Shown piece by piece: positions 9,098 to 20,682 of a DNA stretch of 64,000 nt; the first letter of the stretch is position 1, and each line of letters starts with the position of its first letter. Source of the stretch: Patescibacteria group bacterium (lineage in GTDB: Bacteria; Patescibacteriota; Minisyncoccia; Phycocordibacterales; Phycocordibacteraceae); assembly GCA_018971045.1 (NCBI GenBank), contig JAGWVF010000001.1, positions 11,480 to 75,479 on the forward strand, written 5' to 3'. Both the position numbers and the translations under genes were made by a program. The notes below the pieces were generated by a model. It was given only the letters and a program-made list of their open reading frames with translations, searched no databases and was not told the origin of the DNA.

Positions 9098-9143
9098 ACC
9101 ATACTATAAAAACTGAGGCCCGGCGCGCTACGCGCGCCGGGCC
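9098..9143 (-). terminator. Intrinsic terminator downstream of the small ORF (between fusA and tuf)
   Basis: GGCCCGGCGCGC-TAC-GCGCGCCGGGCC perfect hairpin, followed on the minus strand by TCAGTTTTTAT. Confidence 0.65.
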
Positions 9144-9178
9144 ATCTTAGGGTCGAGGTGCCGCCACACGAGCGGCGG

Positions 9179-9535
9179 CTATATCCTGACCGTGAGTTTA
9201 TTTATACCTGCGCAACAGCGCAGGTACACCCACAGCCAGAAGCCGAGCCCCCATTCGAGTCGTGTGAGAAGGCGACTAACCTCCACCTCCCCATCGAGAC
9301 CGAGACGACCGAGATCGCTCGGCAGATTTACGACGAAACAGACACAGTTCCATGGGAACCTTGGGAGGCTTTTCTTCCAGAGAACCTCTCCGTTCCTGTG
9401 GAATTCTATTTCAATCTCGCTGATCGGCCACTCATCGGCCTCCTCTGTCACAACGATCAATCGACCGTCTTCGATGTAGGCGTAGGGGTAGATCGTCGGT
9501 ACCGGCACCGCGGCGACTTGAGAAATCGATTCCAT
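9179..9535 (-). CDS. Hypothetical acidic Trp-rich protein (119 aa) in a stand-alone cassette between fusA and tuf
   Basis: Strong RBS AAAGGAGAGCGTG-ATG. Codon third-position GC is like the neighbouring genes. An extended -10-like TGTGTTATGGT lies upstream and a perfect terminator hairpin downstream. No recognisable family; the C-terminus (GLGFWLWVYL) is hydrophobic. Confidence 0.45.
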   Translation of the reverse strand: MESISQVAAVPVPTIYPYAYIEDGRLIVVTEEADEWPISEIEIEFHRNGEVLWKKSLPRFPWNCVCFVVNLPSDLGRLGLDGEVEVSRLLTRLEWGLGFWLWVYLRCCAGINKLTVRI

Positions 9536-9750
9536 CACGCTCTCCTTTTGGACACCCGATGGGGCGTCTCTGCAATCTACCATAACACACATACATGTAA
9601 AAGCAATTTGCTCTCAGCAAGAAGAATGTTCTGCGCTCATCGCGCTTCTCGAAAAACGCTAGGATGCACTTCTCTCCAGAGAACGCAATACAGCCACCAC
9701 AACCACGACCGCCTGACGGCGGCCGTGCGTGAACGTTCTGTTATCTGAAA

Positions 9751-11898
<2,148 letters not shown>

Positions 11899-11952
11899 AA
11901 AATAAAATGGATAAAAATAAAAAGCGCCCCGCGCGCCCTTAGTGTAGCACGC

Positions 11953-12417
11953 TTACCACGCGAAGTGAGCGAAGGCCTTGTTCGCATCCGCCATCCGGTG
12001 CATCTCGTCCTTCTTCTTGATCGCGTCGCCTTCATTCTTGGCGGCGAGGAGGAGCTCATTCGCAAGCTTCTCGGCCATCGGCTTTCCCTTCTTGTTGCGG
12101 GCGGCGTTAATGAGCCAGCGGAAAGAGAGCGCGAGACGGCGGTTCTGAGGCACTTCTCGGGGCACCTGGTAGTTCGCTCCGCCGACGCGGCGCGAACGCA
12201 CCTCCATAAGCGGCGAGACGTTGCGGAGCGCCGCCTCGAAGGTCTCAAGCGGATTCGCGCCGCTCTTCTCGATCTCGGCGAGAGCGTCGTAGACGACGGA
12301 ACGCGCGACATCCTTCTTCCCGTTCCACATGAGCGTATTGATGAAGCGAGTGAGCGTCTCCGATCCGTACTTGATGTCCAGACGCCAGACGCGCTGCTTT
12401 TTAAGAGGGCGGCGCAT
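11953..12417 (-). CDS. rpsG: 30S ribosomal protein S7
   Basis: Internal Met gives MRRPLKKQRVWRLDIKYGSETLTRFINTLMWNGKK..., a canonical S7 sequence. It starts 1 nt after the rpsL stop. Confidence 0.9.
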   Translation of the reverse strand: MRRPLKKQRVWRLDIKYGSETLTRFINTLMWNGKKDVARSVVYDALAEIEKSGANPLETFEAALRNVSPLMEVRSRRVGGANYQVPREVPQNRRLALSFRWLINAARNKKGKPMAEKLANELLLAAKNEGDAIKKKDEMHRMADANKAFAHFAW

Positions 12418-12418
12418 A

Positions 12419-12835
12419 TTACTTGGCGGCCGACGGGCGCTTCGCGCCGTAACGAGAACGGCTGGTGCGGCGTTTCTCAAGGCCGGCGGTATCGAGCTTG
12501 CCGCGCACGATCGTGTACTGAACGCCGATATCCTTCACGCGGCCGCCGCGTAGAAGCACCACCGAGTGTTCCTGGAGATTATGCGTTTCGCCGGGGATGT
12601 AGGCGGTGATCTCCATACCGTTCGTGAGGCGGACGCGGGCGATCTTGCGGATAGCGGAGTTCGGCTTTCTCGGGGTCTTCGTGGTCACCTTGGTACAGAC
12701 GCCGCGCTTGAAGGGCGAGGCGTAGAAGGTCGGGTGGTTCTTGAGCGCATTGAAACCGCGCGCCAATGCCGGCACGCTCGTCTTGGACGACTTATTCTTC
12801 CGTCCTTTCCTCGAGAGCTGATTGATGGTGGCCAT
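12419..12835 (-). CDS. rpsL: 30S ribosomal protein S12
   Basis: [35 protein letters not shown]...PKKPNSA..., a canonical S12 sequence. Confidence 0.95.
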   Translation of the reverse strand: MATINQLSRKGRKNKSSKTSVPALARGFNALKNHPTFYASPFKRGVCTKVTTKTPRKPNSAIRKIARVRLTNGMEITAYIPGETHNLQEHSVVLLRGGRVKDIGVQYTIVRGKLDTAGLEKRRTSRSRYGAKRPSAAK

Positions 12836-12865
12836 TTAGAAAAAGAAAACCCGAGATGGGTCTCA

Positions 12866-12897
12866 CGCAATATAAAGGAATAACGGTAGAAATGCAA
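12866..12897 (-). promoter_or_regulatory. Candidate sigma70-type promoter of the str operon
   Basis: Minus-strand TTGCAT-N17-TATATT about 35 nt upstream of the rpsL ATG. Confidence 0.4.
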
Positions 12898-12939
12898 CAC
12901 TATGTCCCGCGGAACCGGCATCTCCGGTATTCTCGATCG

Positions 12940-14046
12940 CTACCTTTCAGGATCGATCGGCTCTCGATACGGGTCGGCAGAGTAGGAGCGCGGGGCGGCA
13001 GGATGCGGCGGCGTGATCGGCATCGCGGGATTTGCCGGAGTAGTAGCCCGTATCGGCATCGCCTTCTGCGGCGAGAGCTCTTGCGGTATGAGCGGAGCCG
13101 ATTGAATCGGGGCGATGGAAGGAGCGGGGCGGGGCGCTTGATACAAAGGTGCCGATCGTGAACCGGGCACTGCGACTGCCGGCAATGCTCCGGGAAGATT
13201 CTGCTGAGTCGTCCTCGCCACCTCGATATGCGACTCTTCATGGTCCTCAAGGAGCTGGCTCGATTCTACCAGTCTCGTATACGCCGGTTGGGGAGCCGGT
13301 TCTGGGCGCGCCGGTTGAGTGGGCGGCGCCGGGCGGTGGTCTGTCGGATTGGCTTGCAACTTATTTATAGAACGCGGCTGAGGTCGCGCCTGAGGAACCG
13401 CGCGCAGGTACGCGCCGAGATTCGCGCTCTCTTGATTCGGGTAGCGGGGCGACTGCGGCGGCGGCGCGAAATATCCCGGCGGATTTTCAGGCATATAGCT
13501 TGCCGAAAACGGCTTCTCCTTCGGCAATGAAACCGGCTCGGATATTTCCGAGCGCATCTCGGCGACTCCGGGTGAACCGACCGGACGGAGTATGGGCTCG
13601 GCTGGCGCCACGGGTGCGGGCGGCGTCACTGGGCGCATATCCGGCGGCATCATGAGCCGCTCCGCAGGCAGCGGAGGCGGGACTGCTCTCGCGGGCGTGA
13701 CGGGCACCTCCCCCACGACCGGCCCCCGTTCCATCTCCTGCCGTATCGGGATGAACAGTTGCTGATTCAAATCTTGCACAATGCCGCTGACTGCCGCCTC
13801 ATCGAGGCCGCCATCTTCGAAAAGCGCTTGAATAAATTCTTCATCGGTCTTTAAGCCAAGAAGGAGTAGTATCATTTCACGCTCGACAACAACACCCGCA
13901 TCAATATGGAGCTTATATTTGAATGTCAGATCCCTTGCGACTGATTCGACTTTTCCATTCGCAAATACTGATCGGATCTGCGGAGGCACCTGAGAGAGCA
14001 CCTCCCGTACGTCGTTCTCGAGCGATTGATCAAGCGGCGGATTCAT
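12940..14046 (-). CDS. Proline-rich low-complexity protein with a conserved N-terminal ~110-aa domain
   Basis: 368 aa. The N-terminal region is globular-looking (DLTFKYKLHIDAGVVVEREMILLLLGLKTDEEFIQALFEDGGLDEAA); the remainder is PxxP-rich. Confidence 0.55.
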   Translation of the reverse strand: MNPPLDQSLENDVREVLSQVPPQIRSVFANGKVESVARDLTFKYKLHIDAGVVVEREMILLLLGLKTDEEFIQALFEDGGLDEAAVSGIVQDLNQQLFIPIRQEMERGPVVGEVPVTPARAVPPPLPAERLMMPPDMRPVTPPAPVAPAEPILRPVGSPGVAEMRSEISEPVSLPKEKPFSASYMPENPPGYFAPPPQSPRYPNQESANLGAYLRAVPQARPQPRSINKLQANPTDHRPAPPTQPARPEPAPQPAYTRLVESSQLLEDHEESHIEVARTTQQNLPGALPAVAVPGSRSAPLYQAPRPAPSIAPIQSAPLIPQELSPQKAMPIRATTPANPAMPITPPHPAAPRSYSADPYREPIDPER

Positions 14047-14052
14047 AGGGTG

Positions 14053-16200
14053 CTAGGGGTGAGCTCCGCCGGCAGCCGCTCCTCCGGGCGCGGCAGGTGC
14101 CGGCTGTGATTGACGTTCGAGAATATCCAAAAGAATCTTTGTGTCTTTCTCTGCTTTCGATTTTCCTGCCGCGTCTCTAATTTTATCAGCGGCTTTTGAG
14201 TTGGCATAGGGATTGATGAAATTAACGGTTCTTCTAAAGAATCCTCCTTTGTTTTGATCGATGTATAGATTTAATCTCTCGGCATATTTCATCTGCGGCG
14301 CCTTTTTCAATCTTTCGACTTCTGTTTGATGCACCTTCACTTCTTCTTCTTGAACTTTCACTAGTTGATCGTGAACGCTCTTTAACTTCTCCTGCTCTCT
14401 CTTCTGCTCGTCGCGTTTTTGCGCCTGATCAGCGAGCGCCGTATTGAGCGAGAAGGTTGCCGCTCTGATCGCATCCGCGTTACCGCTTGCCTGTGCCGCC
14501 GCGAAGTTCGCGCGCTCCGCCTCAATCTGATTATTAAACGGTTCAATATCATTCTTATGCTGCTTACGAAGCGCTTCCATTTCGCTGTTGTTTTGTCTCT
14601 TGATGTCCTCTACGGTATTCTCCATCATCGTCTTTCGTCTCTCTGCTTCTTTTTGTTGTTTCTTTTCCTTTCCTGTTTGCTGGAGAGACTCCGCGAATTC
14701 CTCGTGCTCTTTAATCTTCTTTTTCTCCATTTCGCGGAACCCGCCCTTATTCGCCGCGCCGAGATTGACTCCAGACACTAACGGGATGGATTTGAGCGTC
14801 TCGATACCGCGAAAATCGAAGCTGGCCTTCGCGCCGCGGCCAAGCGCCCCCTGAAGCGGTTTGCCGACGAAAGGAACGCGCCCGACTCTCCGAGAGAGAC
14901 CCTGGGATAATCTCCCGACTGAGTTGCGCATACCCCACCCCGTGAGGCCGAAGGTCAGCTTCCCGGCAGTCTTGGTCGCCCAATCGCCGCCGAAGGCGGA
15001 CCAGCGCTTCGAATAGACAATGACGAGGAGCAGGAGCCCCATCGCGACAAGGAAGGAGAGGATGATGCCGGCAAAGCCGGCGAAATCAGTGGATCCGTTT
15101 GAACTTGTGATGAATCCCGTCCAATCGGGCTCGCTGTTTCCGTTAAGAGCGATGAATTTCGCATCGGTAATCACTGCGAGAGCGATGTAGAGCATCAGCA
15201 TCAGGATCGGTGCCGTAACGGTCTGTTCAAAGAGGAGCGCCCACCACTGCTTCGCGCGGGCGGCGAAGCCGGGTATAGCGAGGCCGGCGAAGCCGACCGG
15301 GGCCACGATAATAAGAAAGATGAGCGCGACGAAACGCGCGATAAGAATAAACGCGAGCGAGAACATCACGAATGCGGTTGTGAGGAAGAGGATGATGCTC
15401 ATGAAGCCGATAAGTATCGAGCTTGAGTTGCTCAACACTACGCCATTCGTGATTGCGCTCGCGTAGATCCCCTGGAGCCCTAATTGATTCATCAGCTTGC
15501 TCGCAATGCCCTCGTTCTTGATCGAGTCGAGGTCGAAGTTCTTCGCGCCTGCCGGAGTGCCGCCATTGATCTGAGTATAAAATTGAGTGGCGAAAAGATT
15601 GCCGGCGTCTATGATCGCCTCGGAGAAGAAGAGAGAAAAATTGATGAATATCGCGCCGACGAGAAGCATCGGGAGCATCTTGCGTATCCCGTACCAATCC
15701 GTATTCAGGATCGTCGCGATACCCACCGCGAGAAATCCGAAGATAAAGAGAATATTCCCGATATCACGCAGAATCCGCCACGTGATGCCGATCGCGGCGA
15801 GATTTCTCACATAGTCTCCCATGGTAACGACGGTGTAATACACCGCATTGTCGAGCGTGATCGCCGCGACCCCGACCATCCACGCGAACAGCTGTGTGAT
15901 CCAGGTTATGACTTTGGCGAGCGAGTCGTCGATCTGAGGGCCGCTCTGGAAGATGCTCGGCGTCGCGGCAGCCTTCGGGTCCTGCTTGGCCATATCGGCA
16001 ACAGCTTGGCTGACGCCGCTTTGAGAAGCGGCATTGGTCGCATCTATACTAGCCTGCGAGTACGCGCTTCCTGTCGTCGGATCAATAAGAATACCCGGAT
16101 CAGGATTCGCCGCGTCTTGCGCCTGCGCGACGGGAGCCGTACTCATCGCTCCTAGAGTAAGCGCGAGAAGGATGAGCGAAGTGGTAAGGAAGCGTTTCAT
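14053..16200 (-). CDS. Polytopic membrane protein with signal peptide, ~8 TM helices and a long charged coiled-coil C-terminus (VirB6/TrbL-like topology)
   Basis: 715 aa. MKRFLTTSLILLALTLGAMSTAPVAQA is a signal peptide. Multiple hydrophobic helices span residues ~100-420. The C-terminus is K/E/Q-rich heptad-like (REMEKKKIKEHEEFAESLQQTGKEKKQQKEAERRK...). Confidence 0.65.
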   Translation of the reverse strand: MKRFLTTSLILLALTLGAMSTAPVAQAQDAANPDPGILIDPTTGSAYSQASIDATNAASQSGVSQAVADMAKQDPKAAATPSIFQSGPQIDDSLAKVITWITQLFAWMVGVAAITLDNAVYYTVVTMGDYVRNLAAIGITWRILRDIGNILFIFGFLAVGIATILNTDWYGIRKMLPMLLVGAIFINFSLFFSEAIIDAGNLFATQFYTQINGGTPAGAKNFDLDSIKNEGIASKLMNQLGLQGIYASAITNGVVLSNSSSILIGFMSIILFLTTAFVMFSLAFILIARFVALIFLIIVAPVGFAGLAIPGFAARAKQWWALLFEQTVTAPILMLMLYIALAVITDAKFIALNGNSEPDWTGFITSSNGSTDFAGFAGIILSFLVAMGLLLLVIVYSKRWSAFGGDWATKTAGKLTFGLTGWGMRNSVGRLSQGLSRRVGRVPFVGKPLQGALGRGAKASFDFRGIETLKSIPLVSGVNLGAANKGGFREMEKKKIKEHEEFAESLQQTGKEKKQQKEAERRKTMMENTVEDIKRQNNSEMEALRKQHKNDIEPFNNQIEAERANFAAAQASGNADAIRAATFSLNTALADQAQKRDEQKREQEKLKSVHDQLVKVQEEEVKVHQTEVERLKKAPQMKYAERLNLYIDQNKGGFFRRTVNFINPYANSKAADKIRDAAGKSKAEKDTKILLDILERQSQPAPAAPGGAAAGGAHP

Positions 16201-16203
16201 ACG

Positions 16204-17826
16204 TTAAGGGCCGCCACCGACGATGCTGCCATTGCCGCCGCTGTTGTCCTGGCCGCACGCTATTTGCAGGCTCGCCGCATTTGAAGTGACGAGCTCGAGC
16301 CGATCGACGAGCGAACCGCCGGATACGTTCAGAGAGCCGGGCGGCACCGCTTTGGCTAGAGCATTGTGCGAAGTGGCTTCTTGATTAGCATCGAGCACAT
16401 CTTGATCCGTCGGGGCCATATCCTGCAGAGCTTGAAGATTGTTCGTGTAGGAGGCCTTCCCTTCTATCGTTTTGGTATTTTGCGCGTCCGTCGCTTGCGC
16501 TATGAAGGCGCGCGCTGATGCGACGGTTACCGCCACATTTCTTGCGTTATTTAATACCGGGGCCACCTCATTCGTCATCGCATCCTGTGCGGCCGCTGCC
16601 GAGCCGGGACAGGAGTTCGCGAGATTGGCGAGCGCCGCAGAAGCATTCTGCGCGGCATTTTTGATAGTATTCCAGGATGATTCGAGGTCGTTTACGCGCT
16701 TTGTCGCGGCGTCTGCCACGGTTCTTTGAATATCCGCGGAATTTTGGAAGACGGTATCGGTTGTTATTCCTAAGAAAGCCGATCTGTCGTAGGCTGAGAG
16801 AGAGTTCGCGCCGTTATTCGTGCCGAAGCCGGCGAGACCTCCCGATCCATGGCCGCCGAGAATCGATTGGGCGAGATTTATTGTCTGGAATATCGTAGCG
16901 ATTTGACCCATCATTTGATTGACCTCATTTGCGACCTGACCCATTGTAACGATCTTGTCCTGGGCCGAACCGAGAACCTTATCGAGCGTCGATTTAATAG
17001 TTGTGCCGGGAGTCTGAATGGTGCCGGGGGTTCCGTCGCTATTGGTGCAGGGCTCGCCGGGGTTCACGCCATTCCCGGCGGATCCTCCTTTCGCGGCGGC
17101 CGCACCGTCGTCAGTCGTCCCGCACCACGACATAAACCCTTGGCCCCACGCAATGATTTGGCTGCGGGTGTTCTGCGCATCGGCGACGATTGAACCGAGC
17201 TGGCTTTCGGCCGCTTGATAGAGTGCATAGGGATTATTCTGGGGCTGGGTGGTAAGCGCGAACCAGGCCTTCACGCCGCCGCCCTGCGCCCAGTTTCCCT
17301 TCAGGAAAGTATTGATATTTGGCGAGGCGAGAGAGAGCGTGCACTTATTCGCGGCCAAGAAGCCGGCCAGGCTTGTCTTCTGACTATACGAGTCCTTCAG
17401 CGAAGTCGCGATTGCGTCGGAAAAGGGCGAGCTCAAGACACTCTTGTTCTTGAGCTGAAGGAAGAAGGCGTTCGCCTGGATATCGCCCACCTTCTGCAGG
17501 GTCACTTGGAGATTCTGAGTGAATTGCGGCTGACCGGTTCCATTGGACTGGCCGATGACAAAGGCGAGAACGCCCGCAGTCATCGCTTTCAGCAACCCGA
17601 CCGACATCACAAACGCGAGCGGTTGAAGCACGTAGGTATTGATGCGCTGTGCCCAAGTCGCTATAGAGGTGATGGTGTTTTTTATCTCGTCGAGAAAATC
17701 ATTGGTCGGGACACCGGTAACGCTTTGTGCGTGAGTTACGGAAGGATATGCGAATAGAGTCGCCGGGACCACTAACGCCAGTATCAACAAGACCGCCGTA
17801 AGTGATTTGAAAAAACGAGTATTCAT
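16204..17826 (-). CDS. Secreted Gln/Asn/Thr/Ala-rich protein with signal peptide plus a second N-terminal hydrophobic helix
   Basis: 540 aa; MNTRFFKSLTAVLLILALVVPATLFA signal peptide. Separated by 3 nt from the downstream gene. Confidence 0.6.
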   Translation of the reverse strand: MNTRFFKSLTAVLLILALVVPATLFAYPSVTHAQSVTGVPTNDFLDEIKNTITSIATWAQRINTYVLQPLAFVMSVGLLKAMTAGVLAFVIGQSNGTGQPQFTQNLQVTLQKVGDIQANAFFLQLKNKSVLSSPFSDAIATSLKDSYSQKTSLAGFLAANKCTLSLASPNINTFLKGNWAQGGGVKAWFALTTQPQNNPYALYQAAESQLGSIVADAQNTRSQIIAWGQGFMSWCGTTDDGAAAAKGGSAGNGVNPGEPCTNSDGTPGTIQTPGTTIKSTLDKVLGSAQDKIVTMGQVANEVNQMMGQIATIFQTINLAQSILGGHGSGGLAGFGTNNGANSLSAYDRSAFLGITTDTVFQNSADIQRTVADAATKRVNDLESSWNTIKNAAQNASAALANLANSCPGSAAAAQDAMTNEVAPVLNNARNVAVTVASARAFIAQATDAQNTKTIEGKASYTNNLQALQDMAPTDQDVLDANQEATSHNALAKAVPPGSLNVSGGSLVDRLELVTSNAASLQIACGQDNSGGNGSIVGGGP

Positions 17827-18854
17827 GGCTGAGGCGCGCCGCTCGTGCCCGAAACGCCGGACATGAGATTTACGAACGATGCTCCCGGTGAACCTGCCGC
17901 GAGATGTATGCCGGCGGCGGCATAGACTGACCCAATGTCCGTGAACGCCTTGGCGAGACCCTGCACGGATGACTGATACTGGGTAAGCGCGAGTATCGCG
18001 GCAAGCGGATCGGTGTTTACCAGAGTGAAATCGTTAATGACTTTACTCATGTGCATAAGCGCATTGATAAGTTCGAGATCCTGCCCGGCAAGCTCTTGAG
18101 GAACGGGAAGCACGACAAGACCTGTGGCTGAATCACGATACGATTTAGCTATGGCTGCGATAAAGGTTAGCGCGGTTGCATTCCCGTTTTCAGCTTCTTT
18201 TAAATAGGCTAATTCGGTAGTCGTCGCGTTATTCGAATTTTTTCTCAAGAGATTCTCCGCATCGGCGGCGAAGGAAAGGAGCGCGCTCGAGCCTGACGCG
18301 CCAATCACTAAATCCGCGGGGTTCTTATACTTCGGCGTAATCGCGACAGACGAGGAGAGCATATTCACGGCACGGTTCACTACATCGCTCATTTGAGCAT
18401 CAGTGAGATCAGCGCCGCCGGCATTTTGTTTGGCTTGGAGATAGAGCATGAAAAAGGTCTTCGAGAAGGCGGCGGTCAGCGTCCCGTCCGCGGGAGCCGG
18501 CGGGAGATCGTCGACGCCGAGGGTTGCCGGGGTCGCGGTCGCGACGGGAATGTCCGCGATCGCCTTCGGCACGATGAGTCCCTTCGCCACCGCCTCGCCA
18601 TCGGTCATTCCGAGATTGAAGTAGTCCGTCGTCGTACTGTCGATGGGGATGCCGTAGAGCGTTTTCTGCCAGTCGGGCAGGCCGTCGCCGTTTGAATCTT
18701 TCGTCGCGATCGCCCGAAGGAGCTCCGTCTCAGTCGAAGCTTCCGCAACCGAGGGCGCCGCGGCGCCGCGAGCGAGCAGGAAGGCGCTCCCTATGAGCAC
18801 CGCTGAAAACAGTGATGCGAGAATGACACGCCAATTTCTTACTATGCCCCCCAT
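17823..18854 (-). CDS. Membrane-anchored protein with a dockerin/thrombospondin-type Ca-binding motif (DSNGDGLPDWQ)
   Basis: 343 aa; N-terminal TM (ILASLFSAVLIGSAFLLA). Stop/start ATGA overlap with the next gene. Confidence 0.55.
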   Translation of the reverse strand: MGGIVRNWRVILASLFSAVLIGSAFLLARGAAAPSVAEASTETELLRAIATKDSNGDGLPDWQKTLYGIPIDSTTTDYFNLGMTDGEAVAKGLIVPKAIADIPVATATPATLGVDDLPPAPADGTLTAAFSKTFFMLYLQAKQNAGGADLTDAQMSDVVNRAVNMLSSSVAITPKYKNPADLVIGASGSSALLSFAADAENLLRKNSNNATTTELAYLKEAENGNATALTFIAAIAKSYRDSATGLVVLPVPQELAGQDLELINALMHMSKVINDFTLVNTDPLAAILALTQYQSSVQGLAKAFTDIGSVYAAAGIHLAAGSPGASFVNLMSGVSGTSGAPQP

Positions 18855-18941
18855 AGTATGCTTATTCAGTATACCAGTAGTACGCGAGGGATACAGTCAA
18901 TAGCGCCTACGATATGTGCATTAGAATGCTATTCTACGCGT

Positions 18942-19940
18942 ATGCGAACGCGCTCTGTTTTATTGTCAATTCTATTCTTCTTCGCGGCACTCTTCGGAGG
19001 GGCGGCGGCTCACGCGCTAGGCGTTCAGAACGAGATATTTTCAGCAAATCTCTCTATCGGGTCTTCCGGAATACAGGTAATGGCTCTTCAACAGCTCCTC
19101 AATAAAGATCCGGCAACGCGCGTTTCCGCTGATGGTCCCGGATCTCCGGGAAATGAGACCGGGCACTTCGGAACGATGACCCGAGCGGCGGTGATCCGTT
19201 TCCAGGAGAAGTACGCGGACGAAATCCTGATTCCCGCCGGACTTATCCGTGGCAATGGGCGCGTCGGGCTCTTCACTCGGGCCAAATTGAACGCACTCGT
19301 GGCACAGTCGATCGGCGCACAAAGAATCTCCCAATCGACAACAACGGCTGTGAAAGCTCCGGCAATCTCCGTTGCTACCGCGACATCCACCAATCCAAAT
19401 CTAAAAAATAGCGCGATATTCCTCGCTGCAATTGACAACATTGCCGTTAAAAAAGGGATGGGCGCGACCGCTATCGCGACAATGAACGAACAAATGTTGA
19501 AAGCGCTGGCGACGACGACCGATCTTCGCGCGGCGTTTATCCAAACAGTAGAGAAGAAATCCGCCCTGTCGCTTCAAGATACCGGATTCCTCGATCATCT
19601 GGTAAACGACATCGGTCAGATCCTTGAAAAGACCTTCATGCCCGAGCGGGCATACGCCGCAACAGGCGTACCGTTCGGCGGCGCCCTGCTCTTCACTTTC
19701 TATTGCTGGAATAGCAATACTTGGCTTATCGGTGTCGAGCCGCTTCCCCCCTCCTTCGCGTCCATTCTCACCTACGTGCCTGAATCTCAAGCGTTTCTCT
19801 CCTATAATATCCCCGCTACCACTTGGCTACTTGGAGAATATGCGCCCGGCGCGGGAGTCTGTGTCTTTGCATGCCCTTTCTGCGTCTCTGTCCCGTCAGA
19901 AGGAATGATCACCCCGATGACCGGATCGTCTCCTTTGTAA
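18942..19940 (+). CDS. Secreted peptidoglycan-binding-domain (PG_binding_1) protein with a Cys-rich C-terminal domain
   Basis: From the internal Met, MRTRSVLLSILFFFAALFGGAAAHA is a signal peptide. ...LQQLLN...DGPGSPGNETGHFGTMTRAAVIRFQEKY...GRVGLFTRAKLNAL is a PGBD-like fold. The C-terminus has CW...CVFACPFC. Confidence 0.55.
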   Translation: MRTRSVLLSILFFFAALFGGAAAHALGVQNEIFSANLSIGSSGIQVMALQQLLNKDPATRVSADGPGSPGNETGHFGTMTRAAVIRFQEKYADEILIPAGLIRGNGRVGLFTRAKLNALVAQSIGAQRISQSTTTAVKAPAISVATATSTNPNLKNSAIFLAAIDNIAVKKGMGATAIATMNEQMLKALATTTDLRAAFIQTVEKKSALSLQDTGFLDHLVNDIGQILEKTFMPERAYAATGVPFGGALLFTFYCWNSNTWLIGVEPLPPSFASILTYVPESQAFLSYNIPATTWLLGEYAPGAGVCVFACPFCVSVPSEGMITPMTGSSPL

Positions 19941-20682
19941 GAACCATCCATACGTCAAGCGGCAGATCTTCGGCGCGGGCCTTTTCAAGAATATCTCCCG
20001 CCTCAAAACCGGCGTCGGCGAGATTGTTGCGTACATATTTTCGTTTGTGCGCGAAGCCCGCGTGAAGAAGCGCGAAAAAACGTTCTTCTTCGGCGCGCGA
20101 AGCGAACCGCGCGCGGGAAATGCCGCGAATGGAAAGCACGGCCGAGTCAACCTTTGGCATAGGGCGAAAGGCGCCCTTCGGAACGGTAAATTCATATCTC
20201 GGCGCGCCGTACGCTTTGATCGAGAGCGAGAGGAGCGATTCCTTTTTACTGCGCGCGACGCGTTCGGCGACTTCCTTCTGCACCAAGAGCGTCATCGAGG
20301 CCGGCTGGTTCAGCGCAGTGAGAAATAATCTGAATATCTCGCCCGTGAGGTAATAGGGGATATTCGCGACAAGCGCATATCCCTTCGGAAGGGCTTCGAT
20401 ATCGAACGCGCGGATATCGCCGTGTAAAAGTTCGAGCTGGCCGTTTGCGATCTCGGCTGAAAAATCGTGCCTCAATTTCTCGACCAGTTCGCGATCAGCC
20501 TCGAGGGCGATCACCTTCTTCGCTTTCTTCAGAAGTTCGCGCGTGAGCGTTCCGGTCCCCGGTCCGATCTCGCATACGGTTGCGTCTCGAGCGATCTCGG
20601 CAACAAGTACGATGCGCTCCGCGATGCGCGCATGCATCAAGAAATTTTGTCCGAGCGACTTCTTCGGGCGCACGCTAGGCAT
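19909..20682 (-). CDS. rsmA: 16S rRNA (adenine1518/1519-N6)-dimethyltransferase
   Basis: SLGQNFL motif, SAM-binding EIGPGTGTLT, NIPYYLTGEIF. Confidence 0.85.
   Translation of the reverse strand: MPSVRPKKSLGQNFLMHARIAERIVLVAEIARDATVCEIGPGTGTLTRELLKKAKKVIALEADRELVEKLRHDFSAEIANGQLELLHGDIRAFDIEALPKGYALVANIPYYLTGEIFRLFLTALNQPASMTLLVQKEVAERVARSKKESLLSLSIKAYGAPRYEFTVPKGAFRPMPKVDSAVLSIRGISRARFASRAEEERFFALLHAGFAHKRKYVRNNLADAGFEAGDILEKARAEDLPLDVWMVLTKETIRSSG

Noticed and set aside
9158-9748. 196-aa plus-strand ORF between tuf and fusA
   Set aside because: The overlapping minus-strand ORF has a near-perfect RBS, matching operon orientation and a downstream terminator. The plus ORF begins inside that terminator hairpin.
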